Of a stretch of 64,000 nucleotides of DNA, positions 9,347 through 19,044 are shown one piece after another. Position 1 is the first letter of the stretch, and every line of letters begins with the position of its first letter. The notes below the pieces were generated by a model. It saw nothing but the letters and a program-made list of their open reading frames with translations. It did not search any database and had not been told where the DNA came from. The DNA is from an archaeon GW2011_AR15. GTDB taxonomy: Archaea > Nanobdellota > Nanobdellia > Woesearchaeales > GW2011-AR15. Made by a program: the position numbers and the translations under genes. Location of the stretch: assembly GCA_000830295.1 (NCBI GenBank), contig CP010425.1, positions 352,001-416,000 on the forward strand, in the 5' to 3' direction.

Positions 9347-10231
9347 TTATAGGCTGATAAGGACCAGCCCTAAAAGAATTGTGAGTATTCCAACTTTCTG
9401 GTTAAGGACAAGCTTCTCTTTGTAGAATATCATGGCAAGCGTAACAATTATTGCGGGATAAAGCGAGCTTATGGGCGTTATTATTGCAGCATCGCCCACT
9501 GTGAACCCGTAAGTAAGCACGAGCCATGCAAGAGTGTAGAGGACTGTAGAGCAGAAAAGTATGAAAAATGGCATCTTGTCTTTAAACTCTGATTTTTTCG
9601 GGATGCCTTTGTTATAGAGCGCAAACAGCATCAGGAAACTGCCGAAGGATATGTTTGAGAAAAAGAATACTGATATGTAGTGGGTTGCAGGAAAGTTGAC
9701 TCCGAATAAGGTTATATCATTGGAAACAAGCTCCAGTATGAAAAAGTAGATTCCCCACATCATAAGTGTTATCAGGGATTCCTTCACTCCCCTTACTGCA
9801 TGCATGCTTTTTATTTTTTTCAGGTCTGTTGACACAAGCACGACGCCTGACACGAGCATCAGGATAGCTATGAATGTAAAGAGGCTTATGCTCTGCCCCA
9901 GGAACAGCACAAGCAGCAATACAGTTATTACAGTATATGATGCTGAAATGGGCGTTACTATTGAAACCTCTCCTATCTCCAGCGACCTGTAGAAATTATA
10001 GATGGCTATTGTCTGGCAGATTCCGCCGATTACAAGCAGCATCAGGTTTGGGAGGGCGATGCTTACGCTGAAAAACAGCAAGAAAGGCAGTGTAAAGGCC
10101 AGCCCGAAAAGATTGGCAATGAACATAGTCTTGTATGTCCCAAGTTTTCTTATCACAACACTCTGAATAAAATCAGCAATTCCCCATGAGAACATGGGAA
10201 TAAGTCCTGCGAGTATGCTTATAGGCAACAT
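9347..10231 (-). CDS. EamA/DMT family transporter
   Basis: 10 TM in two repeats; GEVSIVTPIS and PISSLYP...KEKL motifs. Confidence 0.88.
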   Translation of the reverse strand: MLPISILAGLIPMFSWGIADFIQSVVIRKLGTYKTMFIANLFGLAFTLPFLLFFSVSIALPNLMLLVIGGICQTIAIYNFYRSLEIGEVSIVTPISASYTVITVLLLVLFLGQSISLFTFIAILMLVSGVVLVSTDLKKIKSMHAVRGVKESLITLMMWGIYFFILELVSNDITLFGVNFPATHYISVFFFSNISFGSFLMLFALYNKGIPKKSEFKDKMPFFILFCSTVLYTLAWLVLTYGFTVGDAAIITPISSLYPAIIVTLAMIFYKEKLVLNQKVGILTILLGLVLISL

Positions 10232-10256
10232 AATCTCCGGGAGTTTTAGGTTTATT

Positions 10257-11009
10257 TTAAGCTTTCCTAATTATATCCTGTATCAGGCGGGCTCCTTTCC
10301 ATATTCTTGGCCCCGGCCTGTTCAGGAACGTGTCATCAACTGCAAAAACCTTTTTTTCTTTTACAGCCCGCAGATTTCTCCACCCTCTTTTTAGTAAATC
10401 TTCCTTTTTTGATTTATCATGGAAGCCGCACCAGTGCAGGAGGATTATATCGGGGTCAAATTTCTCGACCTGTTTCAGTGTGACTTCCGGGCTCAGCTTT
10501 CCTTCTTTTATCATGGGAATCCCGCCCGCTGCCTTTATCAGCTCAGGCACCCAGTTCCCTGCAACTGTCGGAGGCCTGTGAAATTCCTCTGTGTATATTT
10601 TTGGTCTTTTTCTTTGTGCTAATTCCTGTATCCTGCCTATCTCAAGTTTAACATCAGAAACAATTTCCTTTGCTTTCGTGCCTGTTCCTGTAAGCACCCC
10701 TATCATCATGAAGCTGTCATATACGCCCTTCAGTGTCTGTGGAAACAGGTTTACAAGCCTGACATTGTTTTTTTCAGCCCATTCCTTTACAGCGGGCGGC
10801 ACATACATGGAGGTGAGGATTAAATCCGGGTTGAGTTTCCTGATTTTTTCCATGTCCCTGACATGTATCCATGAGCCTGCTTTGGGGATTTTTCCGGCTG
10901 CCCCAGGATAGTCGCAAAAAGTTGTTACCCCGGCAATCCTGTCTCCCAATCCCAGTGCAAAGAGTATTTCAGTGTTGCTCGGTGCCAAAGATAAAATTCT
11001 ATTGTACAT
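10257..11009 (-). CDS. BtuF-like cobalamin/Fe-chelate substrate-binding protein (no signal peptide)
   Basis: RILSLAPSNTEILFALG, GVTTFCDYP, LNPDLIL and NRPGPR motifs. Confidence 0.87.
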   Translation of the reverse strand: MYNRILSLAPSNTEILFALGLGDRIAGVTTFCDYPGAAGKIPKAGSWIHVRDMEKIRKLNPDLILTSMYVPPAVKEWAEKNNVRLVNLFPQTLKGVYDSFMMIGVLTGTGTKAKEIVSDVKLEIGRIQELAQRKRPKIYTEEFHRPPTVAGNWVPELIKAAGGIPMIKEGKLSPEVTLKQVEKFDPDIILLHWCGFHDKSKKEDLLKRGWRNLRAVKEKKVFAVDDTFLNRPGPRIWKGARLIQDIIRKA

Positions 11010-12285
11010 TTTTCCAGGATGATCCTGATATAGGGTATGGATCTGTCCTTAATAATGCTTCTCCTTCATCCGCTCTGAGGTTCCACATTCCCTCCCAGTA
11101 AACATAATCAATCACCTGCTGGGATTTTTTCAGCAGGAGGATGCCCTCAGAATTTTTCAGAGCAAACGATGGCTCTATTTTAGTTGTACCCCCGGGCCCT
11201 AATTTTCCCGAAAGCCTTGAATTAGTCTTGCTGTTGCTGAGAAAATAATAGCCTAGATCAATTGTACTGTTTCCGGTGTTTTTTATTTCTACATATTCTT
11301 TTCCTTCGTCAGCGCCTTCTGCGTCATACATTATGCGGTATAATATTATGCCGCCTGCTGCATTCGGCATAGTTTCCTCAAACTCATATAATCTTTCAAA
11401 CTCTGCAATAAATTTTTCAGCGGTTTTTTCATCATGGATTATCAGTATGTTCTCGTCATTGTTCTCGTTTGCGTTTTCTGTCGGGTTGTATGAGCCTGTA
11501 ATCACAATTTTCCTGTCGATTATGAAAACCTTGTGGTGCATTGTATACGGATTATTGTCCAGTATTGTAAACTCTCTCAGGTCATCATATCTTGAATAGT
11601 CCGCTGCCTGCCTTGTCTCCATTATGCCTTTCACATCAAGGCCTTCATAATCCTTGTTCCAGAGCAGGTTGCCTATATCCTCATCAGTGAAGCTGAAATC
11701 CATGAAATATACTGAGCTGTTTGCCCCTCTTAATGCATTAATCACGTGCAGCTTGCAGCTGTCCTCGGGACAAAAATAATTCTCAATCTTTATTTCTCCT
11801 GAAAAAATAGCAGGATATTTTACTTCATCTCCCTTCCCGTAAATTCCATTGTCAAACTCTTCAAATTCAGCAAGATAATTTTCTGCAAGGTGGTCTGATT
11901 CTATGAAAACAATGTTGTTATTGTTGCTGTAGTTATCCCTTTCAGTCGGATTCATGCTTCCTGTCATGACTGTCCTGTTGTCAAAAACGCAGAACTTGTT
12001 GTGCATAAGGGCATAGGAACGGCCTGTTCTGAATTCGCCTTCTGATGTGCTGTCCTCTATGATAACTTCTGCATTTTTCTCCTTCAGCTTTGATATCAGC
12101 TCTGGAAGGTTAAGCTCATAGAAAGCGCACTTTATTTCTGATGAATTATCAATCTGCTCCATAATCCTGTCAAGGCACGCATCTTCAGGGCAGAAATAGA
12201 CTTTGATTTCAGAATAGGGCTCCCTTATCTCTGATGGTGTGCACGATGCAATGAACAGAAGAACCAGGATAACCTGCCATCTCAT
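10999..12285 (-). CDS. Lipoprotein with two PLD (HKD) domains and a C-terminal lamin-tail-like domain
   Basis: Lipobox-like FIASC; MHNKFCVFD..TGSMN and MHHKVFIID..TGSYN; IMYD..GAD..EYVEIKNTG..IDL (LTD-like). Confidence 0.88.
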   Translation of the reverse strand: MRWQVILVLLFIASCTPSEIREPYSEIKVYFCPEDACLDRIMEQIDNSSEIKCAFYELNLPELISKLKEKNAEVIIEDSTSEGEFRTGRSYALMHNKFCVFDNRTVMTGSMNPTERDNYSNNNNIVFIESDHLAENYLAEFEEFDNGIYGKGDEVKYPAIFSGEIKIENYFCPEDSCKLHVINALRGANSSVYFMDFSFTDEDIGNLLWNKDYEGLDVKGIMETRQAADYSRYDDLREFTILDNNPYTMHHKVFIIDRKIVITGSYNPTENANENNDENILIIHDEKTAEKFIAEFERLYEFEETMPNAAGGIILYRIMYDAEGADEGKEYVEIKNTGNSTIDLGYYFLSNSKTNSRLSGKLGPGGTTKIEPSFALKNSEGILLLKKSQQVIDYVYWEGMWNLRADEGEALLRTDPYPISGSSWKNVQ

Positions 12286-12857
12286 CTTGAGAATTCCCTT
12301 GAGCTCTTCAGCAGGCTGAATTTCGCTTCAGGGTATTCTTCTTCAAGCTTATCCATCATCTCCCTTATGGGGCTTTTATCTTTTTTCTCTGTGTAGCTGA
12401 AGTTCCTTATTTTTGCAAGCTGCTCTGCCTCAGAAGAAAGCACAGGAAGGAGAAGCTTCACATATGTCTTGCTGCTGGTTGTATAGTGCCCGAGGAATTC
12501 CGCTTCCCTGTTCTGCATGACGCAGCTGAGAAAATATTCATCCTCAAGGTCAGCATTCCACGGCACAACAACCTTATTGTAGTCTCCCTTAATTTCCATG
12601 CCCGGCTCAAACTCCTTTTGTTTTATCTCTATCTGCACAGGCATGCCTTTTATTATCTTTTTCAGCAGATATCCGGAAACTTTTCCGGACGCAGAGCCGT
12701 CATCTATAACAAGAATCTTATCATTTTTCTCTATGAGGCCGGCTGTCCTTACCTCTTTTCTCACTCTTTTTTCTATGATTTTCTGGAAGCAGCTCCCGCA
12801 TGTATCAAGGTTCTGCACGTGGACAGTTGAGGGCTTCCCGCACTTGACGCATTTCAT
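12282..12857 (-). CDS. Degenerate TtuA/Ncs6/Ctu2-like protein (Zn finger retained, PP-loop lost)
   Basis: CVKC...CGSCF..IEKRVRK..LIEKNDKILV N-terminus; DDGSAS where SGGKDS is expected. Confidence 0.6.
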   Translation of the reverse strand: MKCVKCGKPSTVHVQNLDTCGSCFQKIIEKRVRKEVRTAGLIEKNDKILVIDDGSASGKVSGYLLKKIIKGMPVQIEIKQKEFEPGMEIKGDYNKVVVPWNADLEDEYFLSCVMQNREAEFLGHYTTSSKTYVKLLLPVLSSEAEQLAKIRNFSYTEKKDKSPIREMMDKLEEEYPEAKFSLLKSSREFSR

Positions 12858-12977
12858 GACTTAGAGAAGCAGGAGTTGGTTTAAAAAGATTGGCCATAGA
12901 CGAGAAATTATTTGTCACCACTCTGAAATTTATACAAAAAAGAAAGCTTTAAATATTGTGTAACCATTCTGAAATGA

Positions 12978-13050
12978 GTACAATTTAACAAATTTACTTT
13001 CACCTCTTTTTCCCTGGAAGGGTCTCCCTCGGGAGATCTTTCTGGGGTTT
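12978..13050 (+). ncRNA. Candidate small RNA: anti-SD motif followed by a 16-bp hairpin
   Basis: Own TATA (TTTAAATA 12948-12955), TCACCTC at 13000-13006, hairpin 13012-13047 with 4 G-U pairs favouring the + strand, then a T run. Confidence 0.45.
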
Positions 13051-13095
13051 TAAAATCCTAAACATTTATATAACACGTTTCAATCATCTCTCCTG

Positions 13096-14859
13096 ATGGC
13101 TAAGAGGAAATCCGGGGGAGAGGATGCTGATTTTTTCCAGACGCTTAAGAAGTATAAGATAGGTGTGGCTTTCGCTGTCCTCATTGCAATTCTCCTGCTG
13201 GGCTTCTGGCTTAGACTCTATCATATCGATTACCCTGTCGCAGGCTATCATAACTGGAAGACTGCGCATTATATTACAGAGGCAAGGAATTTTGCTGAAA
13301 GGGGTTTTTTTGAGGATGGCCTGTTTATCCCTATGAGGGACACAATGGAAGCTGTTACTGAACCGCCTGACGGGGCCCACAGCGACACTTTCCCTACGAT
13401 AGCAATAATTGTCGGGTTCTTATTCAGATTTTTTGGAGCCTCCCTTGTTTTGGCCAGGCTTGTTGGGGTAATATTTTCAGTTGCCGCTGTCGCGGTGTTC
13501 TATTATCTGGTAAAAGAGCTGTTCGGGAGCGAAAGCCTTGCCCTGCTCGCTGCCTTCCTTGCGGCAATAAACCCATTATATGTATTTTTCAGCCACAATG
13601 TCCAGCTTGATAACCCTGCATTATTCTTCATGCTTTTCGGCTCCCTGTATTATGTAAAATGGCTGAACTCGCTGGAGACGCACAAGTATCTTTACATTGC
13701 TGTCCTGTTTGTAATGCTGGGAGCTATAACAAAGTATTCATTCTCGCTCATCGGCATACCAATACTGTTCACGCTTCCATACAAAAAACTGCTTAAAGAT
13801 AAAGAGAAATTTATGAAGCCTTTGCTGGTTGCGGGCATTATACTTGCTGCATTCCCTGCGTGGGCGCTCTATTCTGAAGTCTATGTCAGGTCAAAAATCC
13901 TGGCAAGCGGCGTTACCCTTAACTCTGAATCAAATTTCGGCGGCCTTATTGATTTCAGCATGGTCGCTGACCCGGGTTTCTGGCAGGTCATGAAAAGCTA
14001 TGTTGCGGATAACTTTACCCTCATAGGGATATTTTTTGCAGCCATCGGCCTTGGGCTGCTGCTGATGCTTTATTTTACAAAAAACAAGGACGACACCGGA
14101 TACAGGTTCATGGTCGGCTACTCAGTAGGGCTTGTTGCATTCCTGTTTGTCATGGGATACAAATTAAGCGGGCACAATTACCACCAGTTCCCTGCTGCCC
14201 CCCTCATAATCTTCCTTATTGCCTATTTCATTGAGGTTGTCTCAAAGAATGTGCTGAGGCTTGTCAAGCTTGAGAAAAACCTGAAATCTGCTGCATATAT
14301 AGGTATAGTGCTGGTTATACTATTTGCCCCTCTTGCCGGAGGAAGTTTCATGACGCAGAGCAGGGAAGCAAGGGACAGGATGTTCAACACACAGTTCCCC
14401 GGGCTTGATATTGCAGGGGAATACATAAACACACACAAAAATCCGGGCGACAGGATGTTCCACTCTTCCCACCAGAGCTTTGGTGTGCTGTGGCATGCTG
14501 ACGTGCCGGGATATAAGCCGCCTGCAAGCATAGATGCTTTCAGGAAAGGCGAAGAACTCGGTGTGGAATGGGTATTCGTCTACCAGTGGGGAATGCAGAA
14601 TTACTGCATACTTGACACTTCCGGCTGCAATGAGCTGGAGACTGAAAGAGGGGACTATATCAGAAATAATTACCGGCTGGTCCAGATTGCCATGTTCCAG
14701 AACGGCCAGCAGCTGCAGCCTGTCTATTTCCTTTTCAGGAAGGGAGGCACTTTCAATGAATCAGACCTAAACTCCCTTATAGGCGGAAAAGCTCCCCTAA
14801 AGCAGCAATATGAAATGACAACAGGAACTTATGAGCTGCTGTATATAAACATAGAATGA
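13096..14859 (+). CDS. GT-C glycosyltransferase (ArnT/PMT, GT39-like)
   Basis: LGFWLRL, ARL..V.FS, AAFLAAINP.YVFFSH..QLD and GAITKY motifs; ~12 TM plus an extracellular C-terminal domain. Confidence 0.82.
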   Translation: MAKRKSGGEDADFFQTLKKYKIGVAFAVLIAILLLGFWLRLYHIDYPVAGYHNWKTAHYITEARNFAERGFFEDGLFIPMRDTMEAVTEPPDGAHSDTFPTIAIIVGFLFRFFGASLVLARLVGVIFSVAAVAVFYYLVKELFGSESLALLAAFLAAINPLYVFFSHNVQLDNPALFFMLFGSLYYVKWLNSLETHKYLYIAVLFVMLGAITKYSFSLIGIPILFTLPYKKLLKDKEKFMKPLLVAGIILAAFPAWALYSEVYVRSKILASGVTLNSESNFGGLIDFSMVADPGFWQVMKSYVADNFTLIGIFFAAIGLGLLLMLYFTKNKDDTGYRFMVGYSVGLVAFLFVMGYKLSGHNYHQFPAAPLIIFLIAYFIEVVSKNVLRLVKLEKNLKSAAYIGIVLVILFAPLAGGSFMTQSREARDRMFNTQFPGLDIAGEYINTHKNPGDRMFHSSHQSFGVLWHADVPGYKPPASIDAFRKGEELGVEWVFVYQWGMQNYCILDTSGCNELETERGDYIRNNYRLVQIAMFQNGQQLQPVYFLFRKGGTFNESDLNSLIGGKAPLKQQYEMTTGTYELLYINIE

Positions 14860-15839
14860 ATCTCAAAAATATTCTTAAGTGGACAATGGCTGTCGCTATG
14901 TCGGTTTTTCTTGTCTTCATCATGCTGTCAAGGGTGAAAATTGAGGATATAATATCGACGCTCGCAAATGCCAACCTTCTTTATCTGGCAATATTCTTCC
15001 TGCTCTACGTGCTGCTTATGGTCCTGCGGACTGTAAGGTTCACTATGGTGCTGAAGAATAAGATGTCTTTCAGGCAGATGCTTCCGGTTGTATTGCTTCA
15101 GAACCTGCTTCTTAACCTTATCCCCTTCAGGATCGGCGAGCTGAGCTACATCTATTATGTGAAAAAAATAGGGAAGCAGTCATATCACAAAGGGATTTCC
15201 ACGCTTGTCATCACAAAAGTCTTTGATTTATCCATCCTCATCATATTTTTCGTAATCTCTGTCTTCTCCCTTCACCTTGCCTCTTCCGGGTTCGGGCAGT
15301 CAGTACCTTACCTTGTTGCTTTACTGGCCCTGATGTCTCTTGCCCTTATCCTCCTTATTTACCAGCAAGGGATTATTATCCGTATTGTCGAAGTATTTGA
15401 AAAGATTGCACTGAAAATAAGCACCAGGCTCAGTTTTTTTACAGAGCAGGTAAAAACACTTGTAAATTCATTTGAGGAATTCAAATCCCCGAAAATGCTT
15501 GCCGCCATATTCATCCAGTCTGTGCTTATAATGAGTGTCAGCATGGCGTGCTTTTATTTCACAGTCAATGCCCTTGGATTTTCCATACCCCTTAATGTCC
15601 TTATCATAGGCTCAACTTTCGGCGTGCTTTCAAACCTTATCCCTGTCAACGGGATAGCGGGGTTCGGGACTGTCGAGGGTGTCTGGGTCCTTGTGCTGAC
15701 GTTCTTCGGCTATCCTCTTGAATCAGCCATTGTGCTTTCCTTCAGCCTACATATAATACAGCTTATATCAATAAGCATAATGGGTTCTGTAGGATGGCTA
15801 AAGCTGAATGCTCTGCAGTCATCAGAAAAAGCTAGATGA
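14856..15839 (+). CDS. Lysylphosphatidylglycerol-synthase TM region / flippase-like (UPF0104) protein
   Basis: LRTVRF, NLIPFRIGEL and IPVNGIAGFGTVEG motifs; ATGA overlap. Confidence 0.85.
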   Translation: MNLKNILKWTMAVAMSVFLVFIMLSRVKIEDIISTLANANLLYLAIFFLLYVLLMVLRTVRFTMVLKNKMSFRQMLPVVLLQNLLLNLIPFRIGELSYIYYVKKIGKQSYHKGISTLVITKVFDLSILIIFFVISVFSLHLASSGFGQSVPYLVALLALMSLALILLIYQQGIIIRIVEVFEKIALKISTRLSFFTEQVKTLVNSFEEFKSPKMLAAIFIQSVLIMSVSMACFYFTVNALGFSIPLNVLIIGSTFGVLSNLIPVNGIAGFGTVEGVWVLVLTFFGYPLESAIVLSFSLHIIQLISISIMGSVGWLKLNALQSSEKAR

Positions 15840-16761
15840 TTTTTTCAACTGCATAGTTTCTTTTTTTTCCGCTGTAATACATCTTAAGAAGTATGTCTGC
15901 GATAAGGCCGAATATCAGGAACTGTATCCCGATTATCACCAGGAGAACTGACAGCAGGAGCAGCGGCCTGTCTGCTATAGGCTCTGCATAGAAAAATTTC
16001 CTGAAGACCAGATAGCCTCCTGCAAGGAATCCAAGGAATGAAGATAATATTCCCACTCCCCCGAACAGATGTATGGGCCTGTTGGAATATCTCTGCCAGA
16101 AAGCTACAACAAGGAGGTCAAGAAAGCCTTTTGGCAGCCTGAGCAGCCCGTATTTTGTCTTTCCTTTTTTCCTCGGAAAATGATTTATTTTAACTTCCGC
16201 AACTTTGTATCCTTTAAGCACGAGGATATCCACTATATACCTGTGCATTTCCCCATCCATCTCAAGATCTTCCAGGCATTCTCTCCTGTAGGTTTTCAGG
16301 GAGCATACGGGGTCCTGGAATTTCCCTTTTATTATGATCCTCCTTAAAATTCTTGAAATTACAGAGAAAGCCCTTTTTGAGAAGCTGTCTTTTCTGTTAT
16401 ATCTCCATCCTGAAACAGCATCATACCCCTCGTTAATTTTGCTTATAAGTTTGGGGATGTCTGCAGGGTCATTCTGCAGGTCTGCATCCATTGTAACTAC
16501 AAGCTCTCCCTTTGCATTCCTGAAACCCATGTCCAGTGCGGCAGTCTGGCCGAAATTCCTCCTGAATTTTATTACGCGGACATTCCTGTCAGATTTAGCG
16601 GCTTTTTCAAGCTCTTTGAAGGTATTATCTGTTGAGCCATCATCTATGAAGATAATCTCGTATTTTTTCCCGAGCTTTTTCATTACTCCGGTTACTTTTT
16701 CATGGAGCTCTCTTATATTGTCCTGCTCGTTGTATGCTGGGATTATGACTGATATGTCCAT
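15832..16761 (-). CDS. GT2 polyprenol-phosphate glycosyltransferase (ArnC/GtrB-like)
   Basis: SVIIPAYNE, IDDGSTD, RNFGQTAA and MDADLQNDP motifs; two C-terminal TMs. Confidence 0.93.
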   Translation of the reverse strand: MDISVIIPAYNEQDNIRELHEKVTGVMKKLGKKYEIIFIDDGSTDNTFKELEKAAKSDRNVRVIKFRRNFGQTAALDMGFRNAKGELVVTMDADLQNDPADIPKLISKINEGYDAVSGWRYNRKDSFSKRAFSVISRILRRIIIKGKFQDPVCSLKTYRRECLEDLEMDGEMHRYIVDILVLKGYKVAEVKINHFPRKKGKTKYGLLRLPKGFLDLLVVAFWQRYSNRPIHLFGGVGILSSFLGFLAGGYLVFRKFFYAEPIADRPLLLLSVLLVIIGIQFLIFGLIADILLKMYYSGKKRNYAVEKII

Positions 16762-16840
16762 GGCGGCTGTTAAACTGGCTCTTTATTTAAAAGTTGCTGA
16801 TTTCACTAATTTTAAATATGCCATAGCTTTTGTTTTTTCC

Positions 16841-17533
16841 ATGGCCTACACTGTTTCTCCAAACACTGATGTTATCGGAAAACTCATAGGCGATTATGAG
16901 TCGGGGAAAATAACAATGGTCTACGGGAATTCCGCTTCAGGAAAAACAACGCTGTGCCTGCTGGCTGCAATATCCGCTGCTGAAAAGGGAAAGGTTATTT
17001 TTGTTGATGCTGAAAAAGGCTTTAATCCTGAAAGGCTAAAGCAGCTGTACGGAAAAGACATCGGGAAACTGCTTGACAATATATTTTTGATCCAGCCCAA
17101 ATCATTCAGAGAGCAGCATGATACAATACTGAAAGTGAAAAAAATATGCAGCGGCGAAAAGATAAAGCTGGTTGTCGTAGATACCGTCGGCCACTATTAC
17201 AGGAATGTTCTCAACGAGACGCCGAAGGAAGTCAATGAGGCAATGGCTGAGCTCATGGCCAACCTGATAAGGATTGCAAGGGACTATGACAAGGTTGTGC
17301 TGCTTACAAATCCGGTATATGCAAGAATGGATTCTCCTGACGGGATAAAAATGGTCGGCGGCTCGCTCATGGAAAGGATGTGCAAAGTGATTGTTGAGCT
17401 CCACAGAAAAGATGACAAGAGGACTGCAACCCTAAAGAAATACAAGAGAGATGATGAATCTGAGCATCCGAATATAGGAAAAGAGATCAGTTTTGAGATA
17501 AGAGAGAACGGTTTGTTTTCTTTAGAACATTAA
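16841..17533 (+). CDS. radB: DNA repair/recombination protein RadB-like
   Basis: YGNSASGKTT Walker A, FVDAEKGFNPERL, VVVDT Walker B and R.ATLKK; true start MAYTV lies inside the tracked 16334 ORF. Confidence 0.8.
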   Translation: MAYTVSPNTDVIGKLIGDYESGKITMVYGNSASGKTTLCLLAAISAAEKGKVIFVDAEKGFNPERLKQLYGKDIGKLLDNIFLIQPKSFREQHDTILKVKKICSGEKIKLVVVDTVGHYYRNVLNETPKEVNEAMAELMANLIRIARDYDKVVLLTNPVYARMDSPDGIKMVGGSLMERMCKVIVELHRKDDKRTATLKKYKRDDESEHPNIGKEISFEIRENGLFSLEH

Positions 17534-18355
17534 TTTAGCAGCCATCCTCAGTTTTTCTTTAAGGGGCAATGCTATCCCTGCTTCATGCATATCCTCTTTT
17601 AGCCTGACCTGCATCTTCTCACTTGTCTTTTTTGCCTGGTAGAATGCTTTCATAAAATAATGCTCTGCCTGTCCTTTATCTCCAAACCTGCCAAAAGCCA
17701 GCGCCACTATTCTGCTTCTTCTGGAATCCCTTGTAGCATTCTCAAGGTATTCTTCAGGCTGTTCAGCAAACCATCTCAAGGCCCTGCCACAAAGCTTCCC
17801 AAGATTAACCTTGCTGTCTGGGCTGCTGTATATTTCCTTCCAGCTTTCAGAAAAATATTTCGCCCAATAGGGATTATTAATCAGCTGCCTGTACGTATGG
17901 GCAAGGTCCATGTGATAATCAAAAGCTATATCCCTGAAAACAGGATTATGCATCTCAGCAAAATATTCCCACATTGCTGTCTTTGCTTCTTTTAGCTGCA
18001 TTTCCGCGGGGTGTATTGCTGATGAAAAATTCCTTAGTATCCCGCTGAGATATTCGTAATCGTTTTTTTCTTTTTTGCCTGCCTGCCTGTTCGGTTTTTT
18101 TCCTGTAAGATATCTTATGTATCCCCATTCAGCTGCATTGAAGGAATCCGCAATGTCAGAATAGCTGCTGTATGAGAACATCCTGCCATATTCTGCAATA
18201 GCCTTGCTTACTGATGTCCTGTCCCTAAGTTTTTTCTCCGGCAATTCAAGCACATCATCTACAAGAGATTCCATGCCTTCCTGTGGAAATCCGCACTCAA
18301 CAGTAAGCTCCAGCCTGCTCTTTACCCTGTCAGCAAGCTCTGATTTTACGCCCAT
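17522..18355 (-). CDS. Hypothetical alpha-helical protein
   Basis: Long ORF; TATA ~21 nt upstream of the MGVKS start; no recognisable motif. Confidence 0.6.
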   Translation of the reverse strand: MGVKSELADRVKSRLELTVECGFPQEGMESLVDDVLELPEKKLRDRTSVSKAIAEYGRMFSYSSYSDIADSFNAAEWGYIRYLTGKKPNRQAGKKEKNDYEYLSGILRNFSSAIHPAEMQLKEAKTAMWEYFAEMHNPVFRDIAFDYHMDLAHTYRQLINNPYWAKYFSESWKEIYSSPDSKVNLGKLCGRALRWFAEQPEEYLENATRDSRRSRIVALAFGRFGDKGQAEHYFMKAFYQAKKTSEKMQVRLKEDMHEAGIALPLKEKLRMAAKLMF

Positions 18356-18396
18356 AAATAAGGGCAACCTGAAGTTATATTTAAAGTTAAAAGGAA

Positions 18397-19002
18397 TCAG
18401 TAAGTAAGAGAGGCATGCTGAAGAGTTATGGTATTGTTTCTGACTACAACGTCTTTTAATTTTTCCAGAGGAGAAAGAGGGCCGTAAATAATGCCGCTAA
18501 GCTGGTACCTTTTGTGTGTCACCGCCCGAACTACATCCATGGTATGCTTAACACCTTTTTCTTTATACGTATCCTCTATAAGATCTCTGAGGTGCTGGGC
18601 ATATTTCTCCGGAATGTCCTGGGTATAATACCACTCTGACGAGAAAGTAAGTGTTGCTGTATCTATGATTTTTGCTTTTTCTACCATCACCGGAAGTTTT
18701 GTTATGTACTCGTTAACTGTATCCATATCATCTACTGTGCCTGAAAGGACCATTTCCAGCGTGCCTTCCTGTGCTGATCTTTTGAATAATCCGGGAAAAT
18801 GCCTTGCCCTATCCAGGCTATACCTTAGTATCTCAAATTCTCTTGACAACGGAAGCTGGGACCTCTCTGCATATTTGGCTACATTCTCTCCGGAAAATAT
18901 ATTTTCCAGCAGTGCAACTTCTGATACTTTTTCAAGGTTGTCTTCTGATTCCTCTATAGAAAGGATATATTCCCTGGCCATAATCCCGTTATCTGCGAGC
19001 AT
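18397..19002 (-). CDS. Hypothetical protein
   Basis: ~200-aa ORF with a TATA (TTTATAAA) ~23 nt upstream. Confidence 0.6.
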   Translation of the reverse strand: MLADNGIMAREYILSIEESEDNLEKVSEVALLENIFSGENVAKYAERSQLPLSREFEILRYSLDRARHFPGLFKRSAQEGTLEMVLSGTVDDMDTVNEYITKLPVMVEKAKIIDTATLTFSSEWYYTQDIPEKYAQHLRDLIEDTYKEKGVKHTMDVVRAVTHKRYQLSGIIYGPLSPLEKLKDVVVRNNTITLQHASLTY

Positions 19003-19044
19003 AGAAGCCGGGAACATTGAATTAATTTATAAAATTATTCAGTA

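Noticed and set aside
10999-11009. Possible frameshift fusing the PLD lipoprotein to the signal-less BtuF
   Set aside because: Only a GGAAAAAT run with no clear slippery heptamer or stimulator; an ordinary short overlap suffices.
16334-16840. Apparent 169-aa N-terminal extension of RadB
   Set aside because: It is the antisense shadow of the GT2 gene; a TATA lies ~22 nt before the ATG at 16841.
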